Assembly: GCA_965649295.1 (NCBI GenBank)
Contig: CBFGKH010000010.1
Coordinates: forward strand, 32,716-96,715
Direction of reading: 5' to 3'
Source: a candidate division WOR-3 bacterium
GTDB taxonomy: Bacteria; Hydrothermota; Tepidihabitantia; Tepidihabitantales; Tepidihabitantaceae
Length of the DNA: 64,000 bases
The notes under the pieces are model-generated. The model had not been told where the DNA came from. It saw only the letters and a list, made by a program, of their open reading frames with translations, and ran no database searches. Made by a program: the position numbers and the translations under genes. This document shows positions 45,543 through 55,719 of the stretch, one piece after another; positions within the stretch are counted from its first letter, which is position 1, and the number at the start of each line of letters is the position of its first letter.

Positions 45543-45859
45543 TGCTCGCCTCAAACATCACTCCCGAACGTCGAGTTGCCATTATTGAACGCATCGCCAG
45601 TCGAGTCGTTGACCTGAAACTGACTCCGCTGGCCATCGTGATGCTGGAGTCGAGCAAGCCGCTGTCGTTCATTGGCTCACAGCTAATGGTCTTCTTCCAG
45701 CCGATAATCACGGCAATATTCCCATTCCAGCAGTACGACGAGGTCGCAGCACTGCTCGAAGATAGAACTAGCATTGAAGAACTCATCCAGACGATTGAGC
45801 GTCGGGAGGACGAGAAACGCCATGCAAAAAGAGAAAATCGAGCGAATCCTGGCAACTGA
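45542..45859 (+). CDS. Conserved-looking hypothetical protein
   Basis: coupled to gcvPB stop; LESSKPLSFIGSQ..LLEDR. Confidence 0.7.
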   Translation: MLASNITPERRVAIIERIASRVVDLKLTPLAIVMLESSKPLSFIGSQLMVFFQPIITAIFPFQQYDEVAALLEDRTSIEELIQTIERREDEKRHAKRENRANPGN

Positions 45860-47621
45860 CTGCGGGTCAACAACGACTAAGGCAATCCTAATTGAGAAAC
45901 GGGGCAATGAATACCGCCTTGCGACCCGCGGTGAGGCGCCCACCACTGTCGAGGCCCCGTTCGAGGATGTCACGCGTGGCGTCCTCAACTCAGTAATGGA
46001 AGTAGAGGAACTCTCGGGCATCAAACTGCTCGACGGCGAGCGCATCATCAAGCCCAAGGTCCATGCCAAAGAAGGAACCGATACCTACATATCAACCTCC
46101 TCTGCTGGCGGCGGACTACAGATGATGGTAGCCGGGGTAGTGCTGACAATGACTGGCGAGAGTGCGGCCCGCGCTGCGCTTGGTGCCGGTGCGATTGTCA
46201 TGGACGTCATCGCCTCGAACGACGGCCGACTACCACACGAGAAGATCGAACGAATCCGTACTCTCCGACCGGACATGATTCTACTTTCCGGCGGCGTTGA
46301 CGGTGGAACAGTCTCTCATGTCGTCGAACTGGCCGAGCTGATATCGGCAGCCGACCCCAAACCGCGCTTCGGCGTTGGCTACAACCTGCCGGTGATTTTT
46401 GCTGGTAATGTCGCTGCCCGTGAGCTCATCATCAAGACCCTGAAGGATAAGAGTGCCCTGGAAATAGTCGAGAACATCAGACCGGTTCTGGAGCGCGAAA
46501 ATCTCGGCCCGGCTCGCCACAAGATTCACGACCTCTTCATGGAGCACGTCATGGCCCACGCACCCGGCTACCGCAAGCTGATGAGTTGGACTGATGTGCC
46601 GATTATGCCCACGCCTGGCGCTGTCGGATTGCTGATTGAGAATATCGGCAAATCGCAAGGGATTGCTGTCCTGGGTGTGGACATCGGCGGTGCAACCACG
46701 GACGTCTTCAGCGTCTTTGAAGGTATTTTCAATCGAACAGTTTCCGCCAACCTCGGAATGTCCTATTCAATCTCAAACGTTCTTGCTGAAGCCGGCGAAC
46801 AGAACATAATGCGCTGGTTGCCGATGCCGATGTCTGCAGCCGAAGTACGCAACCGCATTCGCAACAAGATGATTCGGCCGACAACCATTCCCTCGACACT
46901 TGAGGACCTCAAACTCGAACAGGCAATCGCCCGCGAAGCACTACGACTGGCGCTGGTCCACCACAAATCAATGGCAGTCGGGCTAAAGGGAGTTCAGCAG
47001 GAACGAACAATCTCCGACGCCTTTGCCCAGACCAGGACTGGCGAAACACTCGTCAACATGATGACTCTCGATCTCATTGTCGGCTCTGGCGGCGCACTCT
47101 CCCACGCACCTCGTCGCGCCCAATCGGCGCTGATGACGATGGATGCCTTCCAGCCTGAGGGTGTCACGCGACTAACAGTTGACTCAATCTTCATGATGCC
47201 CCATCTCGGTGTTCTCACCGAGATTCATCCCGAAGCCGCCTATGAGGTCTTTGAGAAAGACTGCCTCGTCCATCTTGGTACTTGCATTGCTCCTGCCGGC
47301 CTCGGCCGCGAAGGCCAGAAGTGTGTAACGGTCAGGTTGACTCTACCCGGCGGGACACCATCTGAGGTCAAGGTCGCATTCGGCGATATCCTTGTTCTGC
47401 CGTTACCTGTCGGTGCGTCGGCACAGGCGGTTATCATCCCCGAACGCGGATTTGATGTCGGCGCTGGCCCCGGTAAGACAGTCGAGAGCAGAGTCGAAGG
47501 TGGTCTGTCTGGCGTAATTATCGACTGCCGCGGCCGGCCACTCGACCTTCCGGCAGACGATGCCAGACGCATGGAAAGTCTGCGCAAGTGGGCCGCGCAG
47601 ATGAACGCCTATCCTTCCTAG
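45822..47621 (+). CDS. GlmL/MutL-like (glutamate mutase reactivase family) actin-fold ATPase
   Basis: TDCGSTTTKA, TSSAGGGL, AALGAGA, LSGGVDGG, MPTPGAV, VDIGGATTDVFS. Confidence 0.85.
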   Translation: MQKEKIERILATDCGSTTTKAILIEKRGNEYRLATRGEAPTTVEAPFEDVTRGVLNSVMEVEELSGIKLLDGERIIKPKVHAKEGTDTYISTSSAGGGLQMMVAGVVLTMTGESAARAALGAGAIVMDVIASNDGRLPHEKIERIRTLRPDMILLSGGVDGGTVSHVVELAELISAADPKPRFGVGYNLPVIFAGNVAARELIIKTLKDKSALEIVENIRPVLERENLGPARHKIHDLFMEHVMAHAPGYRKLMSWTDVPIMPTPGAVGLLIENIGKSQGIAVLGVDIGGATTDVFSVFEGIFNRTVSANLGMSYSISNVLAEAGEQNIMRWLPMPMSAAEVRNRIRNKMIRPTTIPSTLEDLKLEQAIAREALRLALVHHKSMAVGLKGVQQERTISDAFAQTRTGETLVNMMTLDLIVGSGGALSHAPRRAQSALMTMDAFQPEGVTRLTVDSIFMMPHLGVLTEIHPEAAYEVFEKDCLVHLGTCIAPAGLGREGQKCVTVRLTLPGGTPSEVKVAFGDILVLPLPVGASAQAVIIPERGFDVGAGPGKTVESRVEGGLSGVIIDCRGRPLDLPADDARRMESLRKWAAQMNAYPS

Positions 47622-48040
47622 TCACCTTTTGAGCTCTTGAATTGGATACTGGCCAGGTAGTCGGCCAGTATTCTTTTATGATCAAATACCAATTGTAACC
47701 TGCTGACTTCTTCGAGATCGAAGAGCCGAGCCGCTCCCGCGTCGTCCCCCGCCCGCAATTCGCCAACCCCTCGGGCCGTAAAGACAATTGAAATGCAGTC
47801 AAACCGCGGATCGCGTTCCGGCTCAGAATAGACGCCAAACAGTCTAAGGTCGCCTAGCGACAGCCCTGTTTCCTCCTGCATCTCGCGACGAACCGCCGCC
47901 TCGACTGTTTCTCCGCAGTCAACCAGCCCTCCTGGAAGCGCCCAGCCGATTGGCGGATTTCGTCGCCTTATCAGCACGAGCTGCCCGCCAACTTGAATGA
48001 TGCAGTCAACGCCGATAAACGGCCGACGGAAATCAGCCAA
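47618..48040 (-). CDS. NUDIX hydrolase
   Basis: WALPGG..GETVEAAVRREMQEETG, RDPR, AGDDA. Confidence 0.93.
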   Translation of the reverse strand: MADFRRPFIGVDCIIQVGGQLVLIRRRNPPIGWALPGGLVDCGETVEAAVRREMQEETGLSLGDLRLFGVYSEPERDPRFDCISIVFTARGVGELRAGDDAGAARLFDLEEVSRLQLVFDHKRILADYLASIQFKSSKGD

Positions 48041-48866
48041 GATACTCCTTCAACGCTTCCTGCCAGCTTCGTAACTTGCGACCGAATTTGAGTCGAAACC
48101 GCCGATTATCAAGAACCGAAAAAGCTGGCCGCGCGGCCGTTCGCCCCAACGTGGCCGAATCAATCGCCACAATTTCACAGTCTCTACCCAACTGAACAGC
48201 TATCTCCTTGGCAAACTCGTACCACGAACAGCAGCCACTGTTAGTTAAGTGATAGATGCCGTAGGCATCTGTCCGAACCAGTTCACGTAGCGGCTGGCAT
48301 AGGTCATAAGCCCAAGTCGGTGAGGTCACCTGGTCAGCAACAACTTCGATTCTGGAGTTCGTGACCAGCTTGGCGCGAATTGTGTCCACGAAGTTGCGGC
48401 CACCATGACCGTATAGACCGCTGGTTCTCACAATGAAATGGTGGCGGCAAGCCTTTGCCACTGCCTGCTCTCCCATTAGCTTGGTCTTGCCGTAGACCGA
48501 CAATGGATTTGGAGAATCATCTTCACGGTAGGGCCGGACAGTCCGGCCGTCAAAAACGTAATCAGTTGACAGATAGACAAGCTTGCACCCTAGCTCTGCT
48601 GCTCCTAGGGCTACTGCCCAAGCACCTTGGAAGTTGACTGCCGAAGCTCGGCCCACATCAGTCTCACAAGCATCAACATCGGTCCACGCTGCCAGATGAA
48701 ACACGACTTGCGGTCCCACTTTATGCATCTCGTTGATAGTCTTCTCTACCTCAGTGACATCGTGTTGCGGCAAGTCCCAGCATAGCACGTCGTCGCCCTG
48801 CTCTCTCAAATAGGCAACTAGTTCAGAACCGAGCAGTCCCTTGGCTCCGGTGACAAGACACCGCAC
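48033..48866 (-). CDS. rfbD: dTDP-4-dehydrorhamnose reductase
   Basis: TGAKGLLG, STDYVFDG, YGKTK, RPAFSVL; promoter TTGCGA-N16-TAGACT 6 nt upstream. Confidence 0.93.
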   Translation of the reverse strand: MRCLVTGAKGLLGSELVAYLREQGDDVLCWDLPQHDVTEVEKTINEMHKVGPQVVFHLAAWTDVDACETDVGRASAVNFQGAWAVALGAAELGCKLVYLSTDYVFDGRTVRPYREDDSPNPLSVYGKTKLMGEQAVAKACRHHFIVRTSGLYGHGGRNFVDTIRAKLVTNSRIEVVADQVTSPTWAYDLCQPLRELVRTDAYGIYHLTNSGCCSWYEFAKEIAVQLGRDCEIVAIDSATLGRTAARPAFSVLDNRRFRLKFGRKLRSWQEALKEYLG

Positions 48867-48986
48867 AGCGATAGTCTACATGTAACTGGCACTCTCGCAA
48901 GCGTCAGCCACAAACCAACAATCGTATTCGAAAAGGCGACAATTCATGAAAGTGCATAGCCGCTCTTGCGCAGTGCAACTGCAGTA

Positions 48987-49015
48987 TTGACACCCGACGT
49001 CCCCATTTCTAGATT
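48987..49015 (+). promoter_or_regulatory. sigma70-like promoter (leaderless)
   Basis: TTGACA-N17-TAGATT, 6 nt before ATG 49022. Confidence 0.75.
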
Positions 49016-49021
49016 TCGGAC

Positions 49022-50224
49022 ATGCTCGTATGTCTGATTCTGTCACTCGCGGCTGCTGACGGTTCGACCAGAACTCACCACGATGCCCTCACAGTTGTTG
49101 GCACCTGGCTGATTGACGCCTACCAGCGAACGCTATCGCGGGCACAAGCATCCAACACCTGCAATTTCCAACCCTCCTGCTCACAGTTTACCCGCATCGC
49201 GATAGGGGAACATGGCTTGCCGATCGGTGTCCTGCTCGGCGCTGACCGACTCACTCGCTGCAATCCTTACGCCTGGACTCTGTTGGGCAGCTATTATGAC
49301 AGTGTTTGCAATGATCGACTGTATGACCCTGTCTGGAAACATCTTCCATTCTCACGACCACGCCAGACAGTCACGACGTTCCTCACGCCTCCCCCAACAG
49401 CCAGCGACAGTGACGGCGGACGTTGTACCGAGTTTCGATTTGCTGATTGGCTCTACTCAAATGGCAATTACCGAGCCGCAGCTACCGAATACCTACGCGT
49501 CAGGTTCTCTACAACCGATACTCTCACCCGACAACTGGCTGGCCTCCTTGCCGCAGAATCGTTTCTGGCTGCCGGCGCCACTGACGTGGCGCTCCACGCC
49601 TTCGATGACTGTTCTGAACCAGGGATAGCGACCTTCTGCGACTACGGACGTGCCCGTGCCTGGTTCGCACAGGGTAACTACGATTCAGTGATAGCCATAA
49701 CTGAACGCATCAAGCAGGCTACCCCTGTCCAAGATATCAACCCACGCCTCCTCCAAGCTTGGGCGTTGTTCCGCCTCCGTCGTTTCCCAGCTGCCCGGGC
49801 GACGCTCGCAGACGCAGCTAATACCGATTCCCAAGAACTAGCGAAACTCATTCCGCCAAGACCGCGCTACAAGAGTCGCATTGCCGCCAGCCTGCTCTCG
49901 GCACTCCTACCAGGTGCCGGGCAACTCTATGCGGGCCGCGCCGGTGATGCAGCCTACACTTTCATGGCTGTCGTAGGTCCAACAGCGATTGCCTGCTGGT
50001 ATGCCGCCGACCAGCGGCGTCGCGACCCCACGCGCATCAAGACGGTGCTGTTCGGATTGACCGCTGGCACTTTCTACCTCGGCGGAGTCTATGGAGCCAA
50101 CACTGCTGCCCGCGACTACAATGACTTGCAGGAATCAAAATACGTGCGGCAGGCTGACATTATCATTGGGCGCATGAATCTCGTTCCTAACTACCGTAGC
50201 AACATCGAAGGCGGATCGAACTGA
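49022..50224 (+). CDS. YidD-like domain fused to TPR-like repeats and C-terminal membrane domain
   Basis: YQRTLS..CNFQPSCSQF..GADRLTRCNP; FADWLY..AATEY; SALLPGAGQLYAG. Confidence 0.75.
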   Translation: MLVCLILSLAAADGSTRTHHDALTVVGTWLIDAYQRTLSRAQASNTCNFQPSCSQFTRIAIGEHGLPIGVLLGADRLTRCNPYAWTLLGSYYDSVCNDRLYDPVWKHLPFSRPRQTVTTFLTPPPTASDSDGGRCTEFRFADWLYSNGNYRAAATEYLRVRFSTTDTLTRQLAGLLAAESFLAAGATDVALHAFDDCSEPGIATFCDYGRARAWFAQGNYDSVIAITERIKQATPVQDINPRLLQAWALFRLRRFPAARATLADAANTDSQELAKLIPPRPRYKSRIAASLLSALLPGAGQLYAGRAGDAAYTFMAVVGPTAIACWYAADQRRRDPTRIKTVLFGLTAGTFYLGGVYGANTAARDYNDLQESKYVRQADIIIGRMNLVPNYRSNIEGGSN

Positions 50225-50229
50225 GTCCG

Positions 50230-51084
50230 GTGGCTCTGGTCATCACTTTCGCATGCGTCCTGATGATTGATAAGGGTCGCCTGGCGCTGGCTGAATCCCT
50301 CTATAGACACGGGTACTTCGAAGAAGCAATGGTCGAGTATCAACGCTTTGAGATTTGCGACAGCATCGGGCTGAGCACGATGCGTGATGAACTAAACTGG
50401 CGCGCTGCACTGAGCGCAACCGCAGCAGGGAATCGACGTGCCGCACGAAACCTGGTGGCCAGTGATACCGCCATGACGCCCGGCGTTCGCACTCGGCTGG
50501 CATTAGCTGCGGCCGGCCTTGCTGCTTCGGCAGGACACCTTGATGAGGCAGAGATGCTTCTAGACGAGGCTATGGGGAAACAGGCCGATACGACTGGTCG
50601 TCGGGCTTTGCTATATGCTCGAGGGTGGCTCGAACTTCACCACCACCCACCCCGACCGGCTGCCGCTGCCACTTTTGCTGAAGCGGGACGGGCAGACATC
50701 GCCAGTGCCATTATCGCGGCCTGTTCCTCTGCAGAACGACGCAATCTGGCGCTCGCTCTAACCATGTCAACGCTGCTACCAGGGCTAGGCGAAGTCTACG
50801 CCGGCCAACCATTGCGCGGTCTCCTGACCTTTACCACCGTGGCAGTATCGGCAGTTGGAACGGTCTGGGCCGCAAAACGAAACGACTGGGTACTGGCCAC
50901 TACAATTGCAAGTTTGATGTGGTACCGGTTTCACACCGGGGCCGTCCACAACGCCGTGCGCAGTGCCGATGAATACAACATCAGCCAAATCCGGCAGAAA
51001 CTTAGGCAGCTCGAGATTCCCGAGCCAGACTGGTATTGCGGTGATTCAATCTTGGTTCGCCGCTACGGACCAATCGTCCGCTGA
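50230..51084 (+). CDS. TPR-like protein with the same C-terminal membrane motif as the upstream gene
   Basis: LAESLY..EAMVEYQR; STLLPGLGEVYAG. Confidence 0.65.
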   Translation: MALVITFACVLMIDKGRLALAESLYRHGYFEEAMVEYQRFEICDSIGLSTMRDELNWRAALSATAAGNRRAARNLVASDTAMTPGVRTRLALAAAGLAASAGHLDEAEMLLDEAMGKQADTTGRRALLYARGWLELHHHPPRPAAAATFAEAGRADIASAIIAACSSAERRNLALALTMSTLLPGLGEVYAGQPLRGLLTFTTVAVSAVGTVWAAKRNDWVLATTIASLMWYRFHTGAVHNAVRSADEYNISQIRQKLRQLEIPEPDWYCGDSILVRRYGPIVR

Positions 51085-51626
51085 ACTCACTCCGAAAAGC
51101 AACTCGCCCAACTCCTTGGCGTGAGCTACGCACAGTTCATCGAGCGTTTCACGCAGACTGAAGTTGAACACAGTCTTGCCCGATCTAATCACTACGCCGC
51201 CAACGACACCGACCGACACCTGTGGCTGCACTGCCAACCTGGCGCCGAGACGCTCGCTGTCAAGCTGCGACATAGTGACCACCGCATCTTTTTTAGCGTA
51301 ACGCGCTACCAACTCGCTCACTAGCTCAGGATATTCAGGATCGCTCAGCACTCGCTGTTCCGCCGTAGTCACAACGCAACGCAGTACTCGCCATCGTGCC
51401 GCGAGGACTGCATTTCGCACCAGCAGGCGAGCCTTGCCACGGGCTCGATCAAGTAACGCTGCGACGCTGGCGTCGGTCTGCCGCCTAGCTTCAGATTCTA
51501 TCGCTGCTGCAACCGCGCGAGCCCGGGCTTCAATCTCCTTAACGGCAGCGTCGCGTTCCGATTCAATCTGTCGGACTCGGGCTTCAGTGTCGGCCCGAAT
51601 CGCCGCCAGCAGTTCTTCTGAACCCA

Positions 51627-51627
<1 letters not shown>
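51046..51627 (-). CDS. ntpE: V/A-type ATPase subunit E
   Basis: N-terminal coiled coil, GGVVIRS; operon context. Confidence 0.8.
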
Positions 51628-52118
<491 letters not shown>

Positions 52119-54344
52119 TTAAGGCTTAACCTTCACAAACTGGTAGTTCTCCTGAAATGGAACAAATGGCTCGCCACCACCAGTATAGAACCTCGGGAAG
52201 AACTCAACGTACTGTAACCTAAGTGAATGAACGAATGCCCCGAGCACATTGACGGCTATGTTATAGCCGTGGCCCACCAGTAGCACAACTAGCGCCGCGA
52301 GAACACCCACCACTGGCACTGATACCAGCATCCAAGCGATTACATTGATGGCAACTGCCACGCCACCAGTACACATACCTAATGCCATCAGACGAATGTA
52401 CGAGAGTATCACACCGATGTATCCTGTTGCCCCGTAAAGTGCATAGCTGCCCCAGGCCAACTTCGCTCCCAATGATCGACCAGCCGGTGCAATAAGGACA
52501 AACAGCAACGCTGGTGTCAGAGCGATAGCAGCCGGAAGCACGCGGACTATACAGAGCACCACGCCCAGTGCGCCGACTACGCCAAGGGCGATTCTAAACG
52601 GCTGATACTGACGTTCGCTAACGAGCGTCCAGGCGGCGTAAAGAGTCATTATTGAAACGAGCCCTATTGAGAACCAGCGAGAGACCAAAAACGTGCTCGG
52701 CAGCCACCCAAATCTGGCAGCTAAGTACAAGAACACTGTAGCCACTAGTAGAAACCAAAAAGTCTGAATAATCCACGTCTGACGGTCACGTTGGGTGAAC
52801 ACAATAATCGCAGCTACCGAAAGAATAACCATCACGACTAGCGAAGCCTCAGCCCAAACAGTCAGTGACCGAGCCAGTAGCACACGCGCCGTCAGCGAAT
52901 TAATCAGTACAAACCACGGCAACTGTCCAAGTAACCCATCGCCGTAGCGTTTCAGTCGCACACAGTCAAAAACCTCGAGCGCGATGCCAGTAATCAACTG
53001 CAGGTAACCAAGTGCAACTGAAAGGACAAAGAATTTCATCGGTTCGCTAACCGGGTCAAACCACATCAACCTGCTTCTGGCGAGACTGAGCCAGCCAATT
53101 CCTAGTCGATCCGGAATGTCCCCGAACCAGCCGCCCACCAATGCACCCGCAGGTACGGTGAGTAATGCCCCAACAAGTATCATACCGAGCAACTTGTTCT
53201 CCCTGCCCAGCTTCCTCATTAGAAAAAGAGTGAACGCAGTCACAACAAGCCCATAACCGGCATCCGTAAGACAGAGAGCGAAAAAGACTCCGAAAAATGG
53301 AGCAATTACTGCAGTTGGGTCAAGCTCAGTCGGCGAAGGCAGGCTGAATAGCTCCAGTACGAGCTCGAAAGGACGAAAGATGCGACGATTGACTAAAGCC
53401 ACCGGAGGTTGTTCGTCTGGCCCCGGCTCAATAGCCTCAACTGCTGCGGCACCAGTCTCTTCGACAATGCGCTCAAGCCTGACGAAGTCACGCGTTCTAA
53501 CCCAACCGTGGATGAAGGAAACCGCTGCCGACCTCTCAAGCATGGCAGATGCTGCAGCCAGCTCCAATTGGGCCGCGGTAGCGTCCGCGGCAACGCACAG
53601 CTTTGGCACCGACTGCGCGAGCGATCGCAACTCCTCTTCAACGCTCTTTCGCTCTCGTTGCAGCACACCGATCTGCTGGTCAAAGCTCGTAAGCATATCA
53701 GCAGGCTTCGTCTGCAAATTGCTGAGATCAACCAACTCAAAACGCAGTTCGCCCAACAACTCCGCAACAGAGGCTTCATGCGAACGAAGGGTCAGAACTA
53801 CCACCGCCAGACCATCAGAAGATTCACTGACAACCTTAACCGTGACTGGCTTGCCGTCCACTGCGGCACTGAATCGCGCGAGAGCCCCTTCGTCAGCGAA
53901 GAAACCAAAGATAACCGTCACCGTGGAAAGCGCCAGCAGCTCCCGTGGGGCATACTCTAGACTCTCCCAAGGCCGAAGCCGGTTAGTTTCTGCGGCGAGC
54001 GCGGCAATCTGGGCGTCTATCTCCGCCCGACGACTCGCCAACTGATGGAAACGACCAATGTCCGCATCGGGATTGTATTCAGCGGCGAGGCGTTCAAACT
54101 CACTACGCGTCATTGTAGTCCTGCTACCGGCGAACGCCGACCGCCTTTGCTTCTGCAAGGGCATCAGGGCCTCTACGGCTGACAACAACCGAGTCAAAGC
54201 TGCCGCCGTCTGCTGGTCCAATGCTGTATTCTCTGCCCCCCTTACGAAGTGCAAAATACCGCTACGTCGCAGCGTTCGGAGTAGTCTTTCCCGTCGTGTC
54301 TCATGGACTGCAACGAGAACACGCGTCACTCGGTCAATCGCCAT
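52119..54344 (-). CDS. ntpI: V/A-type ATPase subunit I (a)
   Basis: GWVR, ELDPT, DAGYG, LSYIRLMALG, VHSLRLQYVEFF. Confidence 0.92.
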   Translation of the reverse strand: MAIDRVTRVLVAVHETRRERLLRTLRRSGILHFVRGAENTALDQQTAAALTRLLSAVEALMPLQKQRRSAFAGSRTTMTRSEFERLAAEYNPDADIGRFHQLASRRAEIDAQIAALAAETNRLRPWESLEYAPRELLALSTVTVIFGFFADEGALARFSAAVDGKPVTVKVVSESSDGLAVVVLTLRSHEASVAELLGELRFELVDLSNLQTKPADMLTSFDQQIGVLQRERKSVEEELRSLAQSVPKLCVAADATAAQLELAAASAMLERSAAVSFIHGWVRTRDFVRLERIVEETGAAAVEAIEPGPDEQPPVALVNRRIFRPFELVLELFSLPSPTELDPTAVIAPFFGVFFALCLTDAGYGLVVTAFTLFLMRKLGRENKLLGMILVGALLTVPAGALVGGWFGDIPDRLGIGWLSLARSRLMWFDPVSEPMKFFVLSVALGYLQLITGIALEVFDCVRLKRYGDGLLGQLPWFVLINSLTARVLLARSLTVWAEASLVVMVILSVAAIIVFTQRDRQTWIIQTFWFLLVATVFLYLAARFGWLPSTFLVSRWFSIGLVSIMTLYAAWTLVSERQYQPFRIALGVVGALGVVLCIVRVLPAAIALTPALLFVLIAPAGRSLGAKLAWGSYALYGATGYIGVILSYIRLMALGMCTGGVAVAINVIAWMLVSVPVVGVLAALVVLLVGHGYNIAVNVLGAFVHSLRLQYVEFFPRFYTGGGEPFVPFQENYQFVKVKP

Positions 54345-54664
54345 CGTTCACGCAGGAGTCTTACGAGTAGATCGACAGCCAACGGCACACGTCTCTCAGC
54401 TGACGCTTCAACCTCCTTTGCCGCAGCATCCGCTTCCCGTGTAGCCTGTTCCAATATCTTTGCGGCTTCTACCTGAGCCATCGCCAACCGTTCCGTGCGT
54501 TCCTTCTGCGCCGATTCCCTAGCGGTAGCAACTAACTCAGCCGCCATTGCCTCCGCCTTGCGAATCGCTTCCCTTCGTTCCCTTTCCGCCGTTGCAATAG
54601 CGGCGGCCGCGTCGGTGTCCGCCGCCTTGACTAAACCGACAATGTCAGAGGTTGAAACTGTCAC
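54326..54664 (-). CDS. V/A-type ATPase subunit G/H-like coiled-coil protein
   Basis: Ala/Glu-rich coiled coil; GTG start inferred since the ORF-track TTG at 54703 is the -35 box (TTGACT-N16-TAGCAT). Confidence 0.7.
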   Translation of the reverse strand: MTVSTSDIVGLVKAADTDAAAAIATAERERREAIRKAEAMAAELVATARESAQKERTERLAMAQVEAAKILEQATREADAAAKEVEASAERRVPLAVDLLVRLLRERWRLTE

Positions 54665-54974
54665 TTTGTTCGCTAATGCTATTGCGTGTGAAGCAGAAGT
54701 CAAGCTAGCTATATTCGAATCTCACGACCGAAGCGCCGCACGCAACAACAAGCAGAAATAGTCGCTCGCAGAAGCTGGAGTTCGCTAAGAAGATGAAATC
54801 CGCCCGCGATACCACGGCCAACTGTCCCACTGTCCTAGGGTAACTAACCGTTGCGTGATATACCTCTGATGTGAAAATTGCACGAAGTACGACACATCGC
54901 CGGTGGTCAACGAATGAGAAATGTCCCCCATTCGCCTGATTCAGTTTTGCTCAACGAACCTGGTTTCCGCGGAG

Positions 54975-55715
54975 CTATTCAGACTTGTGCCGAAGTCCAC
55001 CAAACCCCGGCCAGAAAAGCGGGACCTTCTTTGAATAGCTTGCGAATTCAGAGCGGCAAATATTGTGTAGCGACCGGTCCTCACGCGCTGCCTGAACAAG
55101 AATCATAGGCAAACCGATGAGAAACAAGCCTAAGATGCCACCCCAGGAACAAAGGGCCATTGCCGCTCCCAACAACTGAAAGAACGTCCCCAGGTAGCGT
55201 GGTTGCCGACAGACACGCTGCAACGGCAGATTGACCAGCTGCCTTTCCGGCACTGCTACTGGCCCAGTTCCGGCCCTTGATGGCGCAACAACGCGCGCTT
55301 TGTTGCTAACGACGCGCAGCAAACTGACCAACGATGACAATCGCAAGTATATACCCAAACCAAGAGCTGCTAACCCTAGAACAGAAAGAACAGGACAAAA
55401 CAGCGTAACCTGAGTTAGACGCCACCATACATAGTCAGCCAGAAGGTAACCGAAATAGGGATAGACAAAGAAAGCAAACAGACCGCGCCACACTGCCGAC
55501 GGCTCGACCAGACCAGACTGGAAGAACGGTGAACCATAGTAATACTCTACCGACATCCACAGTACTAACAAAACCGCAACGACGAGGGGCAGCAACGCTC
55601 TACCTGCTGCAGCATCACGTAAGAAGTTCACAGAGAAAGTCGTGAAGTAGAAAGCAACCAGCACGGTCCACAAGAGTCGTGTAAAACGAGGCCTTGCGAT
55701 GATAGTGGTCAACAC
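54975..55715 (-). CDS. Isoprenylcysteine/phospholipid methyltransferase-like membrane protein
   Basis: multi-TM, CRQPRYLG, AREDRSL..Y..KVPLFWP; start approximate. Confidence 0.7.
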   Translation of the reverse strand: MLTTIIARPRFTRLLWTVLVAFYFTTFSVNFLRDAAAGRALLPLVVAVLLVLWMSVEYYYGSPFFQSGLVEPSAVWRGLFAFFVYPYFGYLLADYVWWRLTQVTLFCPVLSVLGLAALGLGIYLRLSSLVSLLRVVSNKARVVAPSRAGTGPVAVPERQLVNLPLQRVCRQPRYLGTFFQLLGAAMALCSWGGILGLFLIGLPMILVQAAREDRSLHNICRSEFASYSKKVPLFWPGFGGLRHKSE

Positions 55716-55719
55716 GGTC

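Noticed and set aside
53380..54045. 221-aa + strand ORF
   Set aside because: Antisense shadow of V-ATPase subunit I
54705..54974. Intergenic region as ncRNA or small ORF
   Set aside because: No recognisable structure, motif or convincing ORF
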